Positions 31,336-41,265 are shown, counted from the first letter of the stretch. The stretch is DNA of 64,000 nucleotides from an uncultured Candidatus Rokubacteria bacterium (GCA_963747235.1 CAVVEU010000024.1:608001-672000); one strand, 5' to 3'. Notes: generated by a model from the sequence alone, not told the origin. Numbers and translations are program-made.

Positions 31336-31568
31336 ACACGAGATTTGCACGCGCTGACGCGGCTCCGCGGGCGTGGCGACGCGGGCGCGCAGCACTGGCG
31401 CGGGCAACATGCACGTCACCTTTGCGATCCCTGATCGAACGTGGCGATTCGCGCGTGCGCGCGTGCCCGCCCGCATTTCCAGAGGGCACCTCCGTGCTTG
31501 ACGGCCGCTTCGCGCAACGCCTACGATCGAACGGAGCGCCGCATGCGCCCACGAGGAGAATAGAAGAG

Positions 31569-32216
31569 ATGCCGTTGTTCGCCGTCGAGCGTGACCTGAG
31601 CCAGGTGCCCCCCGAGCATTTCCGCTCCAACCTCCCGGGCCTGGTGGCCGCGTGCGCGCGGCTGCAGGGTCTCGGGAAGAAGGTGCGCTACATCAGCAGC
31701 GCGGTGTTCCCCGCCGAGGCGCGCGGCCTCTGCCTCTTCGGCGCGGAACAGCCCCAGTGGATCCACGAGGCGAACGAGGCGGCCCGGCTGCCCTACTCGC
31801 GGATCTTTCCGGTCCTCGACCTCACCCCCACCGGTGTCCGGCGCGACCTCTCGCGCGGCCGCTGGCCCACGCGCGTCGAGGCGACCGCGACGGTGGCGCA
31901 CAAGGGGACCAACGGTGGGCCCCCGTCCGGGGCCGCCGCGCGGGTGGCCGATGAGATGGCCCGGTGGTCGGACGAGGCGCATGAGCTCATGCAGGTCCTC
32001 GGCGGCTGGCTGGAGGATGCGGGACGCCTGCAGGCCGACGTGAGCACGCTCGAGACCGAGCGGGCCGCGCTGGCGGAAGAGGTGCGACGGCTCCGGGAGG
32101 CGAACGACGGACTGCGCGGGGAGCGGGACGACCTGTCCGACGCGCTCCAGACGCTCGCGGGCCAGGCCACCCGTGCCGCCGACGAGGTCCTGCACCGCAT
32201 CAGCGGGCGGCGATGA
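31569..32216 (+). CDS. DUF4242-like (SCO4226-type nickel-binding) domain fused to a coiled coil
   Basis: MP.FAVER, CLF.A, IHEANEAARLPYSRI; heptad-rich C-terminus. Confidence 0.65.
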   Translation: MPLFAVERDLSQVPPEHFRSNLPGLVAACARLQGLGKKVRYISSAVFPAEARGLCLFGAEQPQWIHEANEAARLPYSRIFPVLDLTPTGVRRDLSRGRWPTRVEATATVAHKGTNGGPPSGAAARVADEMARWSDEAHELMQVLGGWLEDAGRLQADVSTLETERAALAEEVRRLREANDGLRGERDDLSDALQTLAGQATRAADEVLHRISGRR

Positions 32217-32647
32217 GCGCGGACTCGATGAGCGCAGAGTATGCGGAGCGCCGTCGGATCCTGGTGATGGACGACGACGAGCGGGAGCGCCAGGAGACCG
32301 CGCGCGTCCTCGGAGAAGCCGGCTACGCGGTGGACACCGCCGCGACGAAGGCGGACGTGGTGACGCTGCTGGCCCGGCACGGCTACGATCTCGTGCTCGC
32401 CGACCTCAACATGCCCGAGCTCAACGGGCCGGCCTTCTACGAGCTGCTGAAGGAATCCGGCCGGATCGCGCCCGTGATCTTCCGGATCCAGCGTGGGTAC
32501 ACGCCCCAGTACGCGAACTTCCTCATGCGGCTGGCCGCGCCCGTGCTCATGAAGCCCGCCCCCGCGGCCGACCTGTGCGTGGCGGTGGAGCGCCAGCTCC
32601 CGCCGAGCCCGGCCGCGCCGCAGGCCGCGTCCTCGCTCGCGTCCTGA
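32213..32647 (+). CDS. Single-domain response regulator
   Basis: ILVMDDD, DLVLADLNMPELNG, KP. Confidence 0.85.
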   Translation: MSADSMSAEYAERRRILVMDDDERERQETARVLGEAGYAVDTAATKADVVTLLARHGYDLVLADLNMPELNGPAFYELLKESGRIAPVIFRIQRGYTPQYANFLMRLAAPVLMKPAPAADLCVAVERQLPPSPAAPQAASSLAS

Positions 32648-32734
32648 TCCGGCCGGTTTCCGGCACAATTCCGGGCCCATTCGGGGAGGCGTGGTAGAAT
32701 CCCTGCCTGCAACTCGCTGATCTGATTACCAAAA

Positions 32735-32810
32735 GGCGGCGTAGCTCAGGTGGCAGAGCAGGGGTCTCATAAGCCCCGTGTCGGAGGTTCGAGTCCTCCC
32801 GCCGCCACCA
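32735..32810 (+). tRNA. tRNA-Met (CAT), elongator type
   Basis: 76-nt cloverleaf with GGCGGCG/CGCCGCC acceptor stem, CTCATAA loop, GGTTCGAGTCC, encoded CCA; TGgTAGAAT -10 box at 32692-32700. Confidence 0.93.
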
Positions 32811-32811
32811 A

Positions 32812-32955
32812 CTAACGTGGGCGGTTCAAGAGGCGCTCGCGCTCCTCCCACTGCTGCTGGGTCCGACGCAGGCGTCGCCGCTCCGTGACGGTGTGAACGA
32901 CGCCGACCAGGGCGGTGAAGACCACGGCCGCGAGTCCGACGAGGGCCAGGGTCAT
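32812..32955 (-). CDS. Possible 47-aa single-TM small protein
   Basis: Hydrophobic N-terminus followed by ERRRLRR; upstream TTGGCA-N18-TACGAT. Confidence 0.45.
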   Translation of the reverse strand: MTLALVGLAAVVFTALVGVVHTVTERRRLRRTQQQWEERERLLNRPR

Positions 32956-33120
32956 GGGGACGGGGTCCGCGGCGTGGAGTTCATACCCGCATCGTATCGC
33001 ACCGGGTAAGTCATTGCCAAATAAGCGGACGCCTCGGTTGAAGTCGGTCGGGCCGTCCGCTAGACTGATCCCTCGTGACCAGATCCTGGCCCGCCTGCGA
33101 GCCCCCAAGGGAGAGACGAC

Positions 33121-33906
33121 ATGAGTGACCATATCCTGGTGGAGCAGGACGGGCCCGTCGCCACCGTCGTGTTCAACCGGCCGAAGATGCGCAACGCGAT
33201 CAGCCTGGCCATGTGGTCGGAGATCGCCGCGGTGACCGACCGCCTGTCCAAGGACGACGCGGTGCGCGCCATCGTCTACCGCGGGGCGGGGACCGACGCC
33301 TTCGCCTCCGGGGCGGACATCTCCGAGTTCCAGGAGAACCGCAAGGACACCGCGACCGCGCTCAACTACAACCAGCAGACCGAGGCCGCCTACTCCTCGA
33401 TCCGGGTGTGCCCGAAGCCGACCGTGGCCATGGTCTTCGGCTACTGCATGGGCGGGGCGATGGCCCTCGCGATGGCCGCGGACTTCCGCTTCGCCGCGGC
33501 GGGCTCGAGGTTCGGCATCCCGGCCGCGCGGCTCAGCATCATCTACGGGCTCGATCCCGTGCACCAGCTCGTGGACCTGGTGGGGCCGGCCTACGCCAAG
33601 GACATCCTCTACTCGGCGCGCACCGTGGAGGCGGAGGAGGCGCTCCGCATCGGCTTCATCCAGCGCCTGGTGCCCGCGGCGGAGCTCGAGGCGTACACCT
33701 ACGACTATCTCAAGAAGGTCGCGACCAACGCGCCGCTCTCGGTGCGGGGGACCAAGGCCCAGGTGCAGGCCATCTTCGAGGGCATCACCGACGCCCACCG
33801 CGAGAACCTCCGCTCCCTGGGCATCACGACGTTCGACAGCGAGGACTACAAGGAAGGCACGCGGGCCTTCCTCGAGAAGCGGGCGCCCCGGTTCCAGGGG
33901 CGATAG
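33121..33906 (+). CDS. Enoyl-CoA hydratase/isomerase family protein
   Basis: NRPKMRNA, FASGADI, GYCMGG, DYKEG..AFLEKR.P.F.GR. Confidence 0.92.
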   Translation: MSDHILVEQDGPVATVVFNRPKMRNAISLAMWSEIAAVTDRLSKDDAVRAIVYRGAGTDAFASGADISEFQENRKDTATALNYNQQTEAAYSSIRVCPKPTVAMVFGYCMGGAMALAMAADFRFAAAGSRFGIPAARLSIIYGLDPVHQLVDLVGPAYAKDILYSARTVEAEEALRIGFIQRLVPAAELEAYTYDYLKKVATNAPLSVRGTKAQVQAIFEGITDAHRENLRSLGITTFDSEDYKEGTRAFLEKRAPRFQGR

Positions 33907-33909
33907 CCT

Positions 33910-35004
33910 CTGCGCGTCACCGTTCTCTCGTCGACCCCTCTCAATCCGCTGGAGGGGAGCGGGACCTTCGTCGGCATCGCGGGGCTGGCGCAAGGGCTCG
34001 CCCAGCTCGGCCACCAGGTCACCCTGCGCCCGCTCGGGCGCCGCACCGGGTTCCACACCCTCGACCGGTGGCTCTACAACGCGGGCGTCGCCCTCCGGCC
34101 GCCGCGCGAGGCCGACCTGGTGCTCGGGGTGGATCTCGACGGCTTCATGTGGGCGCGGCGGCGCGCGCTGCCCTTCGTGGCGAGCCTCAAGGGCATCATC
34201 GCCGACGAGCTGCGGAACGAGCGCGGCTGGGTCCGGGTGCTGCTCTCGGTGCAGGCGCGCTGGGAGCGTCGCAACGTCGAGCGCGCCGACCTCGTCGTCG
34301 TCACGAGCCGCTACTCGGCCGAGGTGGCGCAGCGCGAGTACGGGGTGCCGCTCGAGCGCATCGCGGTGGTGCCGGAGCCGATCGACCTCGAGGTGTGGGA
34401 CGACCAGTTCTGGCGCGCCCCGCGGCGGCCCCGCAACGGGCCGGTGGTGCTCAGCGTGGCCCGCATGTACCCGCGCAAGCGCCTCGCGGATCTCCTCCAC
34501 GCCGCGGCGATCCTGCGCGCGCGCGTCGACGGGATCCAGGTGCGCATCGTCGGCCGCGGCCCGGAGTGGGACACCCTCTCGCGTCTCCACGCGGAGCTGG
34601 GCCTGGGCGACGCGGTCGCGCTCCTGGGCGACCTGACCCGCGAGCGCCTGGCCGAGGAGTACGTGAACGCCTCGGTGTTCTGCCTGCCCTCGGTGCAGGA
34701 GGGCTTCGGCATCGTGTTCCTGGAGGCGATGGCGGCGGAGCTGCCGGTGGTGGCCTGCCGTATCGCGGCGGTGCCCGAGGTGGTGCTCCACGACACGACC
34801 GGGCTCCTGGTGGCGCCGCGCGATCCGGGCGCGCTCGCGGCGACGATCGAGCGGCTGATCCGCGAGCCCGCGCTGGCCAAGCGGCTGGGGCAGGAGGGCC
34901 GCCGTCGCGCGCTGGGCTTCTCGCCGCGGGCCGTCGCGGAGCGCTTCCTGAGCGCGGTACACTCCACGCAGGACCGGCTGGGACAGCAGGCCCGAGGAGG
35001 CTGA
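33910..35004 (+). CDS. Glycosyltransferase family 4; probable CTG start
   Basis: (M)RVTVLS...GHQV N-terminus, VARMYPRK, EGFGIVFLEAMA. Confidence 0.88.
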   Translation: MRVTVLSSTPLNPLEGSGTFVGIAGLAQGLAQLGHQVTLRPLGRRTGFHTLDRWLYNAGVALRPPREADLVLGVDLDGFMWARRRALPFVASLKGIIADELRNERGWVRVLLSVQARWERRNVERADLVVVTSRYSAEVAQREYGVPLERIAVVPEPIDLEVWDDQFWRAPRRPRNGPVVLSVARMYPRKRLADLLHAAAILRARVDGIQVRIVGRGPEWDTLSRLHAELGLGDAVALLGDLTRERLAEEYVNASVFCLPSVQEGFGIVFLEAMAAELPVVACRIAAVPEVVLHDTTGLLVAPRDPGALAATIERLIREPALAKRLGQEGRRRALGFSPRAVAERFLSAVHSTQDRLGQQARGG

Positions 35005-35011
35005 TCGTTCC

Positions 35012-35413
35012 ATGGTGTACGCGACGCGGAAGTTCACGTTCTCGGCGGGCCACCGCTACGGGCGGCCCGAGTGGAGCGCGGAGGAGAACGCGCGGGTGTT
35101 CGGCTCGCTCACCGTGCCCCACGGGCACAACTACATGCTCGAGGTGACGATCCGCGGCGAGATCGACCCGCGCACCGGCATGGTGATGGACCTGGGCGAG
35201 CTCAAGCGCGTGGTCGGCGACGCGGTGGTGTCCCGCTTCGACCACGCGGATCTCAACCAGGACCCGCTCTTCCCGCCCGGAACGATCCCCACCACCGAGA
35301 ACCTCGTCCGCGTGATCTGGGACCTGCTCGGCCCGAAGCTCGGCGCCGAGCGCCTGCACCGCCTGCGGCTCTGGGAGGATCCCACGTTCTACGTGGAGTA
35401 CCTCGGCGGGTGA
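35012..35413 (+). CDS. 6-pyruvoyl-tetrahydropterin synthase family protein 1 (no catalytic Cys)
   Basis: [33 protein letters not shown]. Confidence 0.85.
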   Translation: MVYATRKFTFSAGHRYGRPEWSAEENARVFGSLTVPHGHNYMLEVTIRGEIDPRTGMVMDLGELKRVVGDAVVSRFDHADLNQDPLFPPGTIPTTENLVRVIWDLLGPKLGAERLHRLRLWEDPTFYVEYLGG

Positions 35414-35844
35414 GCGCCTTCGCGGTCACCCGGGCGTATCACTTCAGCGCCGCGCACCGGCTCGCCAACCCCGCCCTCTCCGACGAGGAGAACGCGCGGA
35501 TCTACGGCCAGTGCTTCCGCCAGCACGGGCACAACTACGGGCTCGAGGTCACGGTGGCCGGCGCGCTCGATCCCGCCACCGGCATGTCGGTGGATCTCGG
35601 CGTGGTGGACGCGGCGGTGAAGACGGCGGTGCTGGACCGCGTCGACCACTACGATCTCTCCGCCACCGTGCCCGCGCTCGCGGGCGTGATCACGACCGGC
35701 GAGAACCTGGCCCGCGTGTTCTACCAGTGGCTCGAGGCCGCGCTGCCCCCGGGCGTGCTCCGGCGCGTGACCCTGGTGGAGACCGCCAACAACGTGTTCG
35801 AGTACTCCGGCGAGACCCACGCCGACGAGGTGATCCCACGATGA
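35410..35844 (+). CDS. 6-pyruvoyl-tetrahydropterin synthase family protein 2
   Basis: [43 protein letters not shown]. Confidence 0.85.
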   Translation: MSAFAVTRAYHFSAAHRLANPALSDEENARIYGQCFRQHGHNYGLEVTVAGALDPATGMSVDLGVVDAAVKTAVLDRVDHYDLSATVPALAGVITTGENLARVFYQWLEAALPPGVLRRVTLVETANNVFEYSGETHADEVIPR

Positions 35845-36404
35845 TCGAGCGGCTCATTCACGACCTCCTGAAGGAGATCGGCGAGGACCCGACGCGCGAG
35901 GGCCTGGAGAAGACGCCGGCCCGCGTGGCCAAGGCGTGGGAGTACCTCACCTCCGGCTACAAGCAGGACGCGCGCGCGGTGCTGAACGAGGCGCTCTTCA
36001 CCGAGGAATACGACGAGATGGTGGTGGTGAAGGACATCGACCTGTATTCCCTGTGTGAGCACCACCTCCTCCCATTCGTTGGCAAGTGTCACATCGCGTA
36101 CATGCCGTCGCGCAAGATCGTCGGGCTCTCGAAGCTGCCGCGCCTGGTGGAGATGTTCGCGCGCCGGCTGCAGGTGCAGGAGCGGCTGACCACCCAGATC
36201 GCGCAGACGCTCAACGAGGTCCTGCAGCCGCGCGGCGTGGCGGTGGTGATCGAAGCGATTCACATGTGCATGCTGATGCGCGGGGTGGAGAAGCAGAACT
36301 CCAAGGCGGTCACGTCCGCGATGCTCGGCGCCTTCCGCGAGAACGCGGAGACCCGCGCCGAGTTCATGGAGCTGATCCGGTCGCGCGGCGGGCTGGTGAT
36401 TTGA
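35841..36404 (+). CDS. folE: GTP cyclohydrolase I
   Basis: [39 protein letters not shown]. Confidence 0.95.
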   Translation: MIERLIHDLLKEIGEDPTREGLEKTPARVAKAWEYLTSGYKQDARAVLNEALFTEEYDEMVVVKDIDLYSLCEHHLLPFVGKCHIAYMPSRKIVGLSKLPRLVEMFARRLQVQERLTTQIAQTLNEVLQPRGVAVVIEAIHMCMLMRGVEKQNSKAVTSAMLGAFRENAETRAEFMELIRSRGGLVI

Positions 36405-37117
36405 AGCTCGCCGGCCAGGTCGCGGTCGTCACCGGAGCCGGCCGCGGCATCGGCCGCGCGGTCGCGGTGCGCCTGGCCCGCGAGGGGGCCGCGGTGGCGC
36501 TGGCCGCGCGCTCCGCGCCCGAGCTCGACGGGGTGGCGCGCGAGATCGCCCAGGCCGGTGGACGGGCCCTGGCCGTCCCCACCGACGTGCGCCAGGAGGC
36601 CGCGGTGGAGGCCCTGGCGCGGCGGGCGCTCGCCGAGTGGGGGCGGGTGGACGCGCTGGTGAACGCGGCCGGCCTCGCCACCTTCGCGCCGGTGACCGAC
36701 TCCAAGCTGGACGACTGGGACCAGATGCTGGCGGTGAATCTCCGCGGCGCGGTGCTGTGCTGCCGGGCGGTGCTGCCCGCCATGATCGCCCAGCGGCGGG
36801 GCACCATCATCAACGTGGGCTCGGTCGTGACGAGCCGGGCGCTCACCGGGAGCGCCGCCTACACCGCCTCCAAGTACGGGCTGCTCGGCTTCTCCCGGGT
36901 GCTGGCCGAGGAGATGCGGGCCCACGGGGTCCGGGTGGGGGTGCTCTCGGCGGGCGCCACCGACACCCCGCTCTGGGATGCCATGCCCGCGGCGCCGGCC
37001 CGGGAGCGCATGCTGCGGCCCGACCAGGTGGCGGAGGCCGCCCTGCTGATGGCCTCCCTGGACCCCAACGCCACCCTGGAGGAGCTGACCCTGCTGCCCG
37101 CGGGCGGCATCCTGTGA
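36401..37117 (+). CDS. SDR oxidoreductase, probable sepiapterin reductase (Chlorobium type)
   Basis: [32 protein letters not shown]; TTGA overlap with folE. Confidence 0.8.
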   Translation: MKLAGQVAVVTGAGRGIGRAVAVRLAREGAAVALAARSAPELDGVAREIAQAGGRALAVPTDVRQEAAVEALARRALAEWGRVDALVNAAGLATFAPVTDSKLDDWDQMLAVNLRGAVLCCRAVLPAMIAQRRGTIINVGSVVTSRALTGSAAYTASKYGLLGFSRVLAEEMRAHGVRVGVLSAGATDTPLWDAMPAAPARERMLRPDQVAEAALLMASLDPNATLEELTLLPAGGIL

Positions 37118-37216
37118 GCCGTCCCGAGGCCCCCGGCAGGGCCCGAACCCTTCTGCTATAATGAGCCCGCAGTCTGATACCCCGCGCCTGCGGGGAAACC
37201 CCAAGGAGGGGCACGA

Positions 37217-37543
37217 ATGCTCACGTTGACTGAGACGGCCGCCAAGAAGATCTCGGATCTGCGGCTCGAAGAAGGCAAGCCCGAGTGGGGTCTCCGGATC
37301 CGCGTCGTCGGCGGCGGCTGCTCCGGCATGTCCTACGAGCTGGGGTGGGACGATACCCCGGTCGAGGGCGACAATGTCGTCGAGACGAACGGCGTGAAGG
37401 TGTTCGTGGATTCCCACAGCACGCCGTATCTCCAGGGCAGCGAGATCGACTACGTGGACAACAACATGCTGGGCGCCGGGTTCGCCATCAAGAACCCGAA
37501 CGTCAAGTCGTCCTGCGGCTGCGGCTCGTCGCACCAGTTCTAG
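37217..37543 (+). CDS. A-type Fe-S carrier (IscA/ErpA/HesB family)
   Basis: GGGCSGMSY, NPN...CGCGSS; TGcTATAAT at 37154-37162 and AGGAGG RBS. Confidence 0.93.
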   Translation: MLTLTETAAKKISDLRLEEGKPEWGLRIRVVGGGCSGMSYELGWDDTPVEGDNVVETNGVKVFVDSHSTPYLQGSEIDYVDNNMLGAGFAIKNPNVKSSCGCGSSHQF

Positions 37544-37589
37544 TCGGCCGGCCAGAAGCCCAGGCTCGTTCGATGCCCAGGGCCGCTCG

Positions 37590-38270
37590 ATGAAGGTCCA
37601 GGTCCGGCTGTTCGCCCGCTACCGCGAGGAGGCGGGCCGCGATCACCTGGACCTGGAGCTCGCCGACGGCGGCACCGTCGAGCGCGCCTGGGAAGCGGTC
37701 ACCCGCCAGTACCCCGTCCTCGTTCCGTATCGCCCCTACACGCTCTTCGCCCTGCGCAACGACTACGTCGGCGCCGATCACCCGCTCGGGGACGGCGACG
37801 AGCTCTGCCTGTTTCCCCCGGTGAGCGGCGGCGCGGCCGTGCCCGGGCAGGACTGGATCGAGGTCACCACCGAGCCCCTGTCGGAGCGCGCGGTGGCGCA
37901 GGCGGTGGAGCATCCGGGGGCGGGCGCGCTGGCCCTGTTCTCGGGCGTGGTGCGGGACCAGACCGGCGGACGCCGGGTGAAGTTCCTCGAGTACGAGGCG
38001 CACGGTGCCATGGCGCTGGCCAAGATGCGCGAGATCGGCGCGGCCATCCGGAGCCGCTGGCCCGCCATCACGCGGATCGCCCTCGTGCACCGCATCGGCC
38101 GCCTGGAGATCGGCGAGTCGAGCGTGATGATCGCGGTGTCCTCGCCCCATCGCGCGCTGGCCTTCGAGGCGTGCCGCTTCGCGATCGACACGCTCAAGGA
38201 GACGGTGCCGATCTGGAAGAAGGAGCACTTCGAGGACGGCGAGGTCTGGGTAGGGCCGCAATCTGGATAG
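37590..38270 (+). CDS. Fused molybdopterin synthase MoaD-MoaE (MoaX-like)
   Basis: VRLFA...FPPVSGG followed by FSGVVR, LEYEA, HRIG, PIWKKE. Confidence 0.9.
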   Translation: MKVQVRLFARYREEAGRDHLDLELADGGTVERAWEAVTRQYPVLVPYRPYTLFALRNDYVGADHPLGDGDELCLFPPVSGGAAVPGQDWIEVTTEPLSERAVAQAVEHPGAGALALFSGVVRDQTGGRRVKFLEYEAHGAMALAKMREIGAAIRSRWPAITRIALVHRIGRLEIGESSVMIAVSSPHRALAFEACRFAIDTLKETVPIWKKEHFEDGEVWVGPQSG

Positions 38271-39645
38271 CCTCGCCGTCCGCGTCCAGGACACCATTCG
38301 CCGTCACGGGATGCTCCGTGGCGGCGAAGTCGTCTTGGTGGCCGTCTCCGGCGGCGCCGATTCGGTCGCGCTCCTCGACGTCCTCTGCGCGCTGCGGGAG
38401 CCCCTCGGCCTGACGCTCCGCGTGGCCCACGTGCATCACGGCCTGCGTTCCGAGGCCGACGCGGAGGCCGACGACGTGCGGCGCCTCTCCGAGAGCCTGG
38501 GCGTGGCCTGCCACGTCGAGCGGGTCACGGTGCGCCGGGCGCCGCCCTGGGACGGGCTCGAGGCGGAGAGCCGGCGGGCCCGTCACGCCGCGCTCGAGCG
38601 CGTGGCGCGCGTGGTCGGAGCCGCGCGCATCGCCACCGGCCACACCGCGGACGACCAGGCCGAGACCGTGCTGATGCGCCTGCTGCAGGGCGCGGGCCCG
38701 CGCGGGCTGGGCGGCATCGCGCCGGCGCGTGGGCCGCTGATCCGCCCGCTGATCGAGACGCGGCGGGCCGCGATCGAGGAGCACCTGCGCGGGCGCGGGC
38801 TCGCCTGGGCGGAGGACCCGAGCAACCGCGACCCGCGCTTCCTCCGCAACCGCATCCGCCACGACCTGCTGCCCTTCATGGCGGAGCTCAACGGGGCCTC
38901 GGTGGTGGAAGCGCTCGCCCGCTCCGCGGCGGCCGCGCGCGCGGTGGTGGGCGACCTGGAGGAGCGGGCTCGCGCGGACCTCGCGCGCCTGGCCACGCGC
39001 GACGGGGCGGGGCTGAGCCTCGACGTCGGCGCGCTCGCCGAGCGGCCGATCGAGCTGGCCGCGGAGGTGCTCCGCCAGGCCGCCGCGGCGCTCGGCGAGA
39101 CGCGCCCGCTGCGAGGGCCCGCGCAGCGCGCGCTCCGCCGGCTGCTCGGGGACGCCCCGCCCCGTCGCGGCGCCCGCCTGGGCCGCCTGGCCGTGGAGCG
39201 CAGCGGCCGGCGGCTCCGCGTCGGACCGGTGGCGCTGCCCGCGCTCGTGGCCCGCGCCTGGCCGGTGCCGGGCGGGCTCGAGCTGCCCGAGATCAACGCG
39301 CGGCTCGGCGCCCGCATCGTCGCCCGGGCGCGCGACTACGCGATCCCGCGCGAGCCCGGGCGCGCCGCCTTCGACGCCGACACGCTCCCGCCCACGCTCG
39401 CGGTGCGCGCGCGCCGCCGCGGCGACGTCTTCTCGCCCTTCGGCGCGCCCGCGCTGCGGCGGCTCAAGTCGTTCCTGATCGACGCGGGCGTGCCGCGATG
39501 GCAGCGCGCGCGGACCCCGCTCGTCGAGGCGGGCGGTGAGATCATCTGGGTCGCGGGCATCCGCCGCGGCTCGATCGCGCCGGTGACCGCCGCGACCACG
39601 CGGGTCCTCGAGCTGGCGCTCGATCGCGACAGCCCCACGGAGTAG
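38263..39645 (+). CDS. tilS: tRNA(Ile)-lysidine synthetase; CTG 38263 or ATG 38311 start
   Basis: AVSGGADS, HVHHGLR, TGHTADDQAET, EDPSN, RNRIR, TilS C-terminal domain. Confidence 0.93.
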   Translation: MDSLAVRVQDTIRRHGMLRGGEVVLVAVSGGADSVALLDVLCALREPLGLTLRVAHVHHGLRSEADAEADDVRRLSESLGVACHVERVTVRRAPPWDGLEAESRRARHAALERVARVVGAARIATGHTADDQAETVLMRLLQGAGPRGLGGIAPARGPLIRPLIETRRAAIEEHLRGRGLAWAEDPSNRDPRFLRNRIRHDLLPFMAELNGASVVEALARSAAAARAVVGDLEERARADLARLATRDGAGLSLDVGALAERPIELAAEVLRQAAAALGETRPLRGPAQRALRRLLGDAPPRRGARLGRLAVERSGRRLRVGPVALPALVARAWPVPGGLELPEINARLGARIVARARDYAIPREPGRAAFDADTLPPTLAVRARRRGDVFSPFGAPALRRLKSFLIDAGVPRWQRARTPLVEAGGEIIWVAGIRRGSIAPVTAATTRVLELALDRDSPTE

Positions 39646-39690
39646 CCGTCCCCCGCATCGGGCGGTAAGATGTTTCGCGGAGGCCCGCCC

Positions 39691-41167
39691 ATGACGATGC
39701 CGTGTCGCGCCGTCGCCGTCCCGCTGCTCCTCGTGCTCCTGGGCGCGCTCGCGGCGCCGGCGCCGGCCGCAGCCCCGCGCGCCCCAGGCCTCGCGACCGG
39801 TCGCACCCGCGCCCGACTCGCAGCGGCTCCTGCGCGCCCTGGAAGACGCGTTCGTCTCCGTCGCGGATCGCGCCACGCCCTCGGTGGTGAACGTGAGCGT
39901 CAAGGTCAAGCGCGAGGCCCGGCCCGAGGGCGGCGCGGCGCCCGAGATGGAGGAGCGCTTCCGCGAGTTCTTCGGCCCCGAGCTCTTCGAGCGCTTCTTC
40001 CGCCGGCGGGCGCCGCGCGACGAGGGCCGGGCCGCGGGCTCGGGCGTCCTGGTGGACCCGCGCGGCTACATCCTGACCAACAACCACGTGGTGGAGAACG
40101 CGACCGAGATCGAGGTGCGCCTCTCCGACGACCGCAAGTTCAAGGCCACGCTCGTGGGCCGCGACGGGCGCACGGACCTGGCGGTGCTCAAGATCGAGAA
40201 CCCGGCGGGCCCGCTGCCGGTGGCCGACCTGGGCGACTCGGACCGCCTGCGGGTCGGGCAGTGGGCCATCGCCATCGGCAATCCCTTCGGCCTCGACCGC
40301 ACCGTGACCGTCGGCATCATCTCGGCCACCGGCCGCACCCACGTGGGCGTGGCCACCTACGAGGCCTTCATCCAGACCGACGCGTCCATCAACCCCGGCA
40401 ACTCGGGCGGGCCGCTGCTGAACCTGGACGGCCGCGTGGTGGGCATCAACACCGCGATCGTCTCGAGCGGGCAGGGCATCGGCTTCGCGATCCCGATCAA
40501 CATGGCGCGCGACATCATGACCCAGCTCATCAACCGCGGGAAGGTGGTGCGCGGCTGGCTGGGCATCGGCATCCAGGATCTGAGCCCCGAGCTGGCCGCG
40601 GGCTTCGGCGTGAAGGAAGACGCGGGCGTGCTGGTGGCCGACGTGATGAAGGACGGTCCCGCCGCCGCGGCCGGGCTCAAGCCCGGCGACGTCATCGTGG
40701 AGTTCGGCGGCTCGACGATCAAGGACGTGCCCGATCTGCAGAAGCGCGTGGCCGCGGTGGAGCCGGGCCGGGCCGCGCCGGTCAAGGTGCTGCGGGAGCA
40801 GAAGGCCGTCACCCTGAGCGTCACGATCGGCGAGCAGCCGACCGACGACGCGATGGAGGCCGCCGAGAGCGGCGACGAGATCCTGGGCCTCACGGTGGAG
40901 CCGCTCACGCCCGAGACGGCGCAGCAGAACCGTCTGGCGGCCCGCAGCGGGCTCCTGGTGACCGAGGTGGCCCCGGGCAGCGCGGGCGCGGCCGCCGGCA
41001 TCAAGACCGGCGACGCGATCCTCGAGGTGAACCGGCGGCCCGTGAGCGACGCGGCGGCCTTTCGCCAGGCGGTGGCCGGGCTCAAGCCGGGCGAATCGGT
41101 GCCGGTGTATCTCCAGCGGGGCGGGGGCGCCAACGAGTACGTGGTGCTCACCGCGCCGCGCCCGTGA
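39691..41167 (+). CDS. DegP/Do (HtrA) serine protease with two PDZ domains; apparent frameshift near 39775
   Basis: LTNNHVV, DLAVLK, IQTDASINPGNSGGPL, RGWLG. Confidence 0.9.
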
Positions 41168-41201
41168 CCGCGTTCGTCACCCAGTAAGCACAGGAATCCG
41201 C

Positions 41202-41230
41202 TTGACAGTTCTGGCGCCGATCCCTAATGT
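41202..41230 (+). promoter_or_regulatory. sigma70-type promoter
   Basis: TTGACA-N17-TAATGT. Confidence 0.6.
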
Positions 41231-41265
41231 GCCGGTCATTTCTTCCGGAATGGAGGGATACGCGC

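Noticed and set aside
31256-31440. oriC
   Set aside because: Only three imperfect boxes, no clear AT-rich unwinding element and no dnaA/dnaN/gidA; kept as a regulatory cluster.
31483-31498. Sixth sigma54 promoter (GGGCACCTCCGTGC) upstream of the DUF4242-like gene
   Set aside because: Spacing from GGCAC to GC is one base short; could be a deletion error but cannot be supported.
32735-32810. tRNA(CAT) as tRNA-Ile2 (given nearby tilS) or initiator tRNA
   Set aside because: Paired G1:C72 argues against fMet, and the GGCGG acceptor stem lacks the C4:G69/C5:G68 pairs typical of Ile2; needs tRNAscan-SE 2 confirmation.
32780-33120. Genomic island integrated at the tRNA
   Set aside because: No integrase and no second copy of the tRNA 3' end seen in the window.
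35012-36404. Queuosine or 7-deazaguanine DNA-modification cluster
   Set aside because: No queC, queE, queF, tgt or dpdA nearby; the SDR and GT4 context fits biopterin chemistry better.
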